32,000 nt of DNA from Corynebacterium glutamicum ATCC 13032 (GTDB lineage: Bacteria; Actinomycetota; Actinomycetes; Mycobacteriales; Mycobacteriaceae). The number at the start of each line of letters is the position of its first letter. The stretch's first letter is position 1. Both the position numbers and the translations under genes were made by a program. Location of the stretch: NCBI RefSeq assembly GCF_000011325.1, contig NC_003450.3:2940001-2972000 (forward strand), written 5' to 3'. Of this stretch, positions 26,291 to 32,000 are shown piece after piece. The notes beneath the pieces are model-generated. The model did no database searches. It had not been told where the DNA came from and saw only the letters and a list, made by a program, of their open reading frames with translations.

Positions 26291-26295
26291 TCAAG
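26275..26295. promoter_or_regulatory. HspR operator (HAIR) upstream of clpB
   Basis: The minus strand reads CTTGAGT-ggaacat-ACTCAAC, matching the actinobacterial HAIR consensus CTTGAGT-N7-ACTCAAG at 13/14 positions. It lies 113-133 nt upstream of the clpB ATG. Confidence 0.75.
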
Positions 26296-26316
26296 TTCAA
26301 AAAATTTGAAAATAAA

Positions 26317-26335
26317 TTGAGTGGACCGCAGTCAA
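26317..26335. promoter_or_regulatory. Second, degenerate HAIR-like inverted repeat
   Basis: TTGAGT-ggaccgc-AGTCAA on the plus strand. One arm has a mismatch to the ACTCAA half-site, and the outer consensus bases are missing. Confidence 0.4.
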
Positions 26336-26418
26336 TTTTAAGCACTGACTACCACTTAAGCATCAGGGAAAACCCGTAACTTTAATGTTACGTGGAGGGA
26401 GGCGTCGAAAAGCATACG

Positions 26419-26447
26419 AAAAAAGCGCCGGACCTAGACCCGGCGCT
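26419..26447 (-). terminator. Intrinsic terminator downstream of the GltS-type symporter gene
   Basis: The stem AGCGCCGG (26424-26431) / CCGGCGCT (26440-26447) encloses an 8-nt loop. On the minus strand a T6 run follows (plus A 26419-26424). The structure lies 9 nt after the stop at 26456. Confidence 0.75.
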
Positions 26448-26455
26448 TCCAACCT

Positions 26456-27805
26456 TTATTGCGGCTTACCCTCGCCGCGGACATGTCCGCGCTCCGGCAA
26501 CCACTTCAGACCCCACGCGAGGCCAAAAATCACGATCGCAACAATCAACGACGCCCAACCCAACCCCATGGTAAAGCCTGCGAGCACCGCGATCGGCGCG
26601 ATGATGGTCATGCCGATTTCAAATGGAGCAAAACCGATATAAGCCACGCCGTACTCATTAAGCGCTCCCGACTTCAACTTCGGATCCACGATCTTCAGCA
26701 ACGCGATACCGGTAGCAACCGCGGCAGTAGCCCAACCCCAACCGAAGATCGCGCGCTCCAGCCACTTCTCGCCAAAGAAACGAGGCGCAACCCAGAAAAA
26801 GAAGAAACAACAGTAGATGGTGCCCAAAACAAACAGCACCACAAGAGGAACCCAGTAATCAGCAATCGCAGCAGGAGCAATCGAGGCAATACCAAACGCA
26901 ATGAGGTAATCCGTCGCCGCGCCCGACACGGAATTCACGGTGTCGCGATCCAAATACTCAGGCTTCTTCAACAAACGCATAATTCCCATGCCCACAATGC
27001 CGACCACAAATGACATCGCAAACAACGGAATCTGCACGGTTGGGAACATGCTACCCAACCACTGATTAATGGAATACGCAACCGCAACAGTCAACAAAAT
27101 AATGCCAGTATGCAGCGCCAAAGGCTCAATCGCAGACGGATTCGTACTCGCCTTACCAATCGACGGACGATCACTCAGCTTATCGATATAACCCGAACGC
27201 AAATCCCACGGCAACTGCGCAGGCATCGCCGCAGTCTTGCCCTTCTTAATACCCCACGTTGTGAAAATAATTCCACCAACAATCGCAGCAAAAGTACCCA
27301 CCGTCGCAGAGGTAAAGCCCAAAGACATCGCAGCCTCCGCACCCGAAGACTCCAACGCAGTACCCACCGCAGCAGCAGTACCAAAACCACCAACAAAACC
27401 AACCGGCAACATCATGCCGAACCACTCATCGGTACCCCACACCGGCTGGAACAAAAACAGACCCAGCAAAATGAACAGACCCCACTGCCCCACAAACATC
27501 GCAGTCGAATACGCCCACATCGTCTTCATGCCAGTACGCACGCCACGGTCAAACTTCATCGAATACGGCATCGAAGCAAACACAATCGCAATGAGCACCG
27601 TAGTGTAAGTGGAAAGATGATCCGACCAACCAATCAGACCCAACACCTTAGGCCCCAAAATCATGCCGATGATGCCAGCAGTAATAGAGGAAGGAATGAG
27701 CAAAGTCTGGAAAAACGGAATCTTCCGGCGCATGATATTGCCGATGATCATCAACCCCGAGATCCACCCCACATCGAGAATCAGACTAAACGGTGTGTAC
27801 TCCAT
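26456..27805 (-). CDS. gltS: Sodium/glutamate symporter family (GltS/ESS) transporter
   Basis: MEYTPFSLILDVGWISGLMIIGNIMRRKIPFFQTLLIPSSITAGIIGMILGP is the typical GltS N-terminus, and there are about 10-12 TM helices. The preferred start ATG 27805 has GGAAGGAAG upstream. GTG 27826 is an alternative. Confidence 0.9.
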   Translation of the reverse strand: MEYTPFSLILDVGWISGLMIIGNIMRRKIPFFQTLLIPSSITAGIIGMILGPKVLGLIGWSDHLSTYTTVLIAIVFASMPYSMKFDRGVRTGMKTMWAYSTAMFVGQWGLFILLGLFLFQPVWGTDEWFGMMLPVGFVGGFGTAAAVGTALESSGAEAAMSLGFTSATVGTFAAIVGGIIFTTWGIKKGKTAAMPAQLPWDLRSGYIDKLSDRPSIGKASTNPSAIEPLALHTGIILLTVAVAYSINQWLGSMFPTVQIPLFAMSFVVGIVGMGIMRLLKKPEYLDRDTVNSVSGAATDYLIAFGIASIAPAAIADYWVPLVVLFVLGTIYCCFFFFWVAPRFFGEKWLERAIFGWGWATAAVATGIALLKIVDPKLKSGALNEYGVAYIGFAPFEIGMTIIAPIAVLAGFTMGLGWASLIVAIVIFGLAWGLKWLPERGHVRGEGKPQ

Positions 27806-28403
27806 ACCTAAAGCACTTCCTTCCACTTCTTCATAGAAATCTTTTTTGAGATTCAGTTACATTCGGCCGGGTTCAGCCTTACTGGTTTTTGTTTTGCGTT
27901 CTAGTGCGCGGGTTTTGGGGCGCAATTGTTGAACAAAACACAACAACCCTAATCGAGTGGCGCGGATCTTCCACATTTCCTATACGGATCGACAAAATCT
28001 GCAGGGAATGGGCTCGGGTTGGTGGCATTGCCGGGTGCTGTTGGGGCTTTATTGGTGCATTCTCGGAACTTTCTCAGGGCATGAAAGGTGCGCATGCCTC
28101 AGTGGTGATTTAAGAGGCCGAGTTTTTGGAATGAACATAGATGTGGTCGCGACACTTTCAGGCCCTTAGAAGCGATTCTGTGAGGTTAACTTTTCTGGGA
28201 TCTTGGCCGTGAAATCACTCTCTTCGAGCCAGACCAGACAGGCGTGACAAAGCCAAGTGAATTTCCAGATTCCTGTCACCCAGTCCGGTTTTCCAAAACT
28301 CCACCCCTCGATGCCCTAATTAACGCCTCAATTAGTGCCAGACCTTGCCGACCGCAGACCAAACTTCACCATTTCAAACCATCCCTAGCCACAACAACGG
28401 CAG

Positions 28404-28793
28404 TTGTGCAATGATCTGCGTATGAATGCAGATAAGAAAATGTGCGGAATGAACCCGGATAGCCAATACGTCGAACTTGCCGTCGAAGTTTTCGGACTCC
28501 TCGCGGACGCCACTCGAGTTCGCATCATCTTGGCACTTCGAAACAGTGGTGAACTTTCCGTAAACCACCTCGCGGACATCGTCGATAAATCCCCCGCAGC
28601 AGTTTCCCAACACCTCGCCCGGCTGCGCATGGCCCGAATCGTGTCCACCCGTCAAGAAGGTCAACGAGTTTTCTACAAACTCACCAATGAACACGCATCA
28701 CAGCTAGTCTCCGACGCTATTTTTCAGGCGGAACACACCATTGCGGACGGCCAGACTCCCCCACACCACCACCGAGAACGAGAACAATCATGA
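28404..28793 (+). CDS. ArsR/SmtB-family metalloregulatory repressor
   Basis: FGLLADATRVRIILALRNSGELSVNHLADIVDKSPAAVSQHLARLRMARIVSTRQEGQRVFYKL is the ArsR wHTH. The start is ambiguous: GTG 28404, or ATG 28422, 28440 or 28449. The stop overlaps the CDF start (ATGA). Confidence 0.85.
   Translation: MCNDLRMNADKKMCGMNPDSQYVELAVEVFGLLADATRVRIILALRNSGELSVNHLADIVDKSPAAVSQHLARLRMARIVSTRQEGQRVFYKLTNEHASQLVSDAIFQAEHTIADGQTPPHHHREREQS
28414..28433. promoter_or_regulatory. Inverted repeat, candidate ArsR-family operator
   Basis: ATCTGC-gtatgaat-GCAGAT (6-8-6) lies at the 5' edge of the arsR-like ORF. If it is an operator, it would favour one of the downstream ATG starts. The arms are short, so this is weak. 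Confidence 0.3.
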
Positions 28794-29812
28794 CCACCCA
28801 CAGTCACCAAGAACATAGCCACTCCACACACAACCACTCCACACACAACCACGAGGGTCACGACCACCATCACCCCACCGGATTCAAAGGATTTTTGTAC
28901 GAGATTTTCGTTCCACACTCCCATGACACCGCCGACTCGATTGATGATGCTATGGAGGCGAACTCAGAGGGTATTCGAGCGCTGAAGTTTAGCCTTGTAT
29001 TGATGCTGCTCACGACGGTTTTGCAGGCTATCATTGTGTCTTTTTCTGGATCTGTTGCACTGTTGGCGGATACGGTTCACAACCTTTCCGACGCATTGAC
29101 TGCGATTCCTCTTTGGATTGCTTTCATACTTTCCCGGCGCGCAGCGACTCAAAAATATACGTATGGATTCAATCGTGCAGAGGATTTAGCGGGGTTGTTT
29201 ATTGTCGCGATGATTGCTCTTTCGGCGATTGTTGCTGCATGGCAGGCGATCGACCGGATGATTAATCCTCGCCCGATGGAGAATATTGAATGGGTGATTG
29301 CGGCAGGTGTTATTGGTTTCTTAGGAAATGAGGCTGTGGCAATGTATCGCATTCGGGTTGGTAAGAGGATTGGCTCGGCTGCTTTGGTTGCAGATGGCGT
29401 TCATGCTCGCACGGATGGTTTTACTTCACTTGCAGTTGTCGCAGGTGGTGTTGGAGTTTTTCTGGGATTCCCCCTGGCTGACCCAATTATCGGATTGATC
29501 ATTTCTGCGATGATTGCCACCCTTCTTGTTGGTACGATCCGTTCGGTTGGCAGACGCCTCATGGATGGAATTGAGCCGGAGTTGGTAGAGAAGGCTACGC
29601 ACGCGATCTGGCATGTGAAGGAAATTGAGTCGATTGATCGACTGAGGTTGAGGTGGGTTGGACACCGTCTTCACGGCGATGCCACGGTCAGCACTTCTAC
29701 ATCATCGCTATCGGAAGCCACCGCAATCGCCCTTGAGGCTGAGCTTTCCGTCAAACAACATCTTCCCAATGTGGATGAAATGACTGTGACCATCACCCCT
29801 TCCAAACCTTGA
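28790..29812 (+). CDS. Cation diffusion facilitator (CDF) metal efflux transporter with His-rich N-terminus
   Basis: The His-rich N-terminus is MTTHSHQEHSHSTHNHSTHNHEGHDHHHP. TM2 (SVALLADTVHNLSD) and TM5 (ALVADGVHARTD) carry the CDF metal-site H/D-x3-D motifs. A C-terminal cytoplasmic domain is present. The 4-nt ATGA overlap with the ArsR gene suggests coupling. Confidence 0.92.
   Translation: MTTHSHQEHSHSTHNHSTHNHEGHDHHHPTGFKGFLYEIFVPHSHDTADSIDDAMEANSEGIRALKFSLVLMLLTTVLQAIIVSFSGSVALLADTVHNLSDALTAIPLWIAFILSRRAATQKYTYGFNRAEDLAGLFIVAMIALSAIVAAWQAIDRMINPRPMENIEWVIAAGVIGFLGNEAVAMYRIRVGKRIGSAALVADGVHARTDGFTSLAVVAGGVGVFLGFPLADPIIGLIISAMIATLLVGTIRSVGRRLMDGIEPELVEKATHAIWHVKEIESIDRLRLRWVGHRLHGDATVSTSTSSLSEATAIALEAELSVKQHLPNVDEMTVTITPSKP
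28819..28852 (+). repeat. Perfect 15-bp tandem duplication in the CDF His-rich tail
   Basis: ccactccacacacaa occurs at 28819-28833 and again at 28834-28848, followed by ccac. It encodes HSTHN-HSTHN-H. Confidence 0.8.
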
Positions 29813-29834
29813 GTCCCGTGATACAATTGTTGAT

Positions 29835-31007
29835 ATGTCAACAAATTATGAAGCAATCATCATTGGAGCAGGTCAGGCTGGACTCGCGGCGGCGCATGAA
29901 CTTTCCCGCCGCGGTTTCACTCCCGGAAAAGATTTTCTCGTCCTCGATTCCAACGACGGGCCCGGTGGCGCCTGGCGGCATAGGTGGGATTCACTCACAT
30001 TAGGTAAAGCCCACGGAATCGCCGATCTCCCAGGGCTTCCCATGAATCGCCCCGATCCGAAAACTCCGGCTTCCACATTGGTTGCTGGTTATTACGGCGC
30101 TTACGAGAACGAGTTCTCCTTCGCAGTTGTGCGCCCAGTCAAAGTCTCACGAGTTGAGCCCACTTCCGAGGATCCTTCGAGCCCATTGCGCGTGAGCAGC
30201 GACGATGGTCGAGAGTGGATTACCCGCATGGTTCTTAATGCAACAGGTACGTGGACAAACCCTTATGTTCCGTACATTCCTGGCATCGATAAATTCCAGG
30301 GCAAGCAGCTCCACACCGTTAATTACCGCAAGGCCGAGGATTTCAAAGGTAAGAAAGTCCTGGTCGTCGGCGGTGGTTTGAGTGCTGTGCAATTTCTGCT
30401 GGAGTTGGAAGGCTTGGCGGAAACCACCTGGGCGACGCGTCGTCCGCCGAACTTCACGCAGCGCGAGTTCGACGCCGGCTGGGGCATTGCGGTTGAGCGC
30501 GCCGTCCGCGAACGCACGTTCAACGGTAAAGCTCCTGCTAGCGTCGTGCGCACCACGGGAATTCCGCAGATTCCTGATTATCTCGCTGGCGTGGATCGTG
30601 GACTCATTGTCAGCCGCGGCATGTTCGAGGAAATCACGCCCACCGGTGTGGTTTTCGGTGAGCCTCCCGCCGAGAGATCTGAAGGTTTAGGCCCTTCGGC
30701 AGGCACGACGCTGGCGGTTCCGGAAAGCTGGAAGCCATATCCTGCAGGCACGCACCTGGATGTGGACGTCATTTTCTGGAATACCGGCTTCCGCGCCGCA
30801 CTGCGTCACCTCGCACCAATGAAACTCCGCGGGCAAGGTCGCGGTATCGAGCTGATCGACGAGGTCAGCCCCGCCTCCGACGCGCGCGTCCTGCTCGTTG
30901 GCTACGGCTCCACCGCATCCACGGTCGGCGCCACCCGCGCGGGCAGGGTCGCCGGCCGGGTTGCTGCTAAAAGATTGCTTGTCGACGTCTCCCCTCACGT
31001 AAATTAA
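29835..31007 (+). CDS. FAD/NAD(P)-dependent flavin-containing monooxygenase-like oxidoreductase
   Basis: YEAIIIGAGQAGLAAAHEL is the FAD GxGxxG motif. DGPGGAWRHRWDSL is present. The second dinucleotide motif is KKVLVVGGGLSAVQFLLEL. Confidence 0.85.
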   Translation: MSTNYEAIIIGAGQAGLAAAHELSRRGFTPGKDFLVLDSNDGPGGAWRHRWDSLTLGKAHGIADLPGLPMNRPDPKTPASTLVAGYYGAYENEFSFAVVRPVKVSRVEPTSEDPSSPLRVSSDDGREWITRMVLNATGTWTNPYVPYIPGIDKFQGKQLHTVNYRKAEDFKGKKVLVVGGGLSAVQFLLELEGLAETTWATRRPPNFTQREFDAGWGIAVERAVRERTFNGKAPASVVRTTGIPQIPDYLAGVDRGLIVSRGMFEEITPTGVVFGEPPAERSEGLGPSAGTTLAVPESWKPYPAGTHLDVDVIFWNTGFRAALRHLAPMKLRGQGRGIELIDEVSPASDARVLLVGYGSTASTVGATRAGRVAGRVAAKRLLVDVSPHVN

Positions 31008-31017
31008 GGTAAAGAAA

Positions 31018-32000
31018 ATGAAAGCATTCGGTTTTTTAAGCTTCGGGCACTATCAAATCGGCCACGAACGTTCCATGCTGAAACAAGCACTGGAATTAGC
31101 AAAAGAAGCAGATGCCATTGGAGTAAATGGCGCATACTTCCGCGTTCACCACTTCGCTCCCCAAGGTACATCCCCGATGCCACTTCTTGGAGCCATCATC
31201 GGTGCCACCAAACACATTGAAGTGGGCACTGGAGTAGTGGATATGCGTTATGAAAATCCCTTGTATATGGCCGAGGAAGCAGCTGCTCTCAATCTGCTTG
31301 CCGACGGCCGACTAGCCCTCGGAGTTTCCAGGGGATCACCCGAACCAGCCGAGAAGGGTTGGGAAGCTTTCGGCTACGACGGCGGTGATGATCCTAAAGC
31401 TGCAGGCATGGCACGGGAGAAATTCCTTCGCTTCCTCGATGCCATCGATGGTCGCCCCATGTCCATCGCTTCCGAGAATCAATACCCACGCCTCTACCAT
31501 CCGGGCACTCCCCTGCCGATCTTCCCGCATGATCCTGACCTGCGTAAATCCATTTGGTGGGGCGCCGGTTCCCACAACACCGCCGAACAAGCAGCACGCG
31601 ATGGCGTTAACTTGATGAGCTCCACCCTCGTCGCCGAAGCCACCGGCCAATCCTTCGGGGATCTGCAAGCCGATCAAATCGCGTTCTACCGCCAAGCTTG
31701 GAAAGAAGCCGGACACGATTGGACCCCACGTGTGTCTGTCTCCAGGTCCATCTTCCCGATCGTCACCGACCGCGACCGTGAGCTTTTCGGACTTCAGGGA
31801 CAAGGCGGTGACCAAGTAGGAATCCTGGATGATACCCGATCCACGTTCGGTCGCAGCTACGCCGGAAGTCCCGATGAACTCATCGACCAGCTCAAGGAAG
31901 ACAAAGCTGTGATGGAAGCCGACACCTTGATGCTCACCGCCCCCAACCAAATGGGTGTTGAGATCAACGCGTCGATCCTGAAGAACTTCGCTGATCATGT
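31018..32000 (+). CDS. Luciferase-like (LLM class) flavin-dependent monooxygenase, 3' end cut by window edge
   Basis: This ORF is absent from the track because it has no in-window stop. ATG 31018 opens frame 1 to nt 32000: MKAFGFLSFGHYQIGHERSMLKQALELAKEADAIGVNGAYFRVHHF...GTGVVDMRYENPLYMAEEAAALNLLADGRLALGVSRG, the typical LLM fold signature. The track ORF 31336-31998 (-) is its antisense shadow. Confidence 0.85.
   Translation, partial: MKAFGFLSFGHYQIGHERSMLKQALELAKEADAIGVNGAYFRVHHFAPQGTSPMPLLGAIIGATKHIEVGTGVVDMRYENPLYMAEEAAALNLLADGRLALGVSRGSPEPAEKGWEAFGYDGGDDPKAAGMAREKFLRFLDAIDGRPMSIASENQYPRLYHPGTPLPIFPHDPDLRKSIWWGAGSHNTAEQAARDGVNLMSSTLVAEATGQSFGDLQADQIAFYRQAWKEAGHDWTPRVSVSRSIFPIVTDRDRELFGLQGQGGDQVGILDDTRSTFGRSYAGSPDELIDQLKEDKAVMEADTLMLTAPNQMGVEINASILKNFADH

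Noticed and set aside
27110-27811. 233-aa ORF on the + strand, extremely Arg/His/Thr/Asn-rich
   Set aside because: It is antisense to the GltS-type transporter gene. Its composition is the mirror of hydrophobic codons and does not look like a real protein.
27889-28169. Two overlapping + strand ORFs of 74 and 70 aa in the long intergenic region
   Set aside because: They have no RBS, are mutually exclusive frames, and have W/G/C-rich non-protein-like composition. I kept them only as context for the long-intergenic finding.
31336-31998. 220-aa ORF on the - strand
   Set aside because: It is antisense to the clearly recognisable luciferase-like monooxygenase gene, which is open from ATG 31018 to the window end on the + strand.
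1-32000. Scan for CRISPR arrays, rRNA, tRNA, prophage integrases and toxin-antitoxin pairs
   Set aside because: No regularly spaced direct repeats, rRNA-like stretches or cloverleaf candidates were seen by eye. The only mobility gene is the IS3 transposase. This is a visual scan only, so small RNAs could have been missed.

Overview
This is a high-GC actinobacterial chromosome segment. The gene order matches my unverified memory of the Corynebacterium glutamicum cg3050-cg3085 region. No searches were run, so all calls rest on motifs read from the translations, start-codon and RBS inspection, and remembered synteny.

The core backbone, mostly on the minus strand, runs: GNAT acetyltransferase (5' partial), two tandem paralogous lipoproteins, a small membrane protein, purT, purA, a conserved hypothetical, a PLDc_N mini-membrane protein, a FUSC-like membrane protein, fda, a GH76 mannanase-like protein, a SpoU/TrmH methyltransferase, pyrE, an acidic Pro/Glu-rich membrane-anchored protein, a rhodanese, an HTH protein, an MFS transporter, clpB with a coupled small ORF, a GltS-type symporter, an ArsR-CDF metal operon, a flavin monooxygenase, and a luciferase-like monooxygenase (3' partial).

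Between purT and purA lies a low-GC accessory island of about 5.9 kb (4297-10207). It holds an 877-bp ORF-free stretch, two orphan exported proteins, a 1.3-kb IS3-family element with a broken orfA/orfB frame relationship, and a NarL/LuxR-type two-component system whose kinase looks intramembrane-sensing. This island is my best candidate for something undescribed, possibly an envelope-sensing module with unknown exported partners.

Other points worth a second look:
- The rhodanese carries Ser at the catalytic Cys position.
- An HspR HAIR operator overlaps a SigH-type promoter upstream of clpB.
- An A7/T7 homopolymer splits a small membrane ORF.
- The two 6-Cys lipoproteins are tandem paralogs.

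No rRNA, tRNA or CRISPR array was seen.
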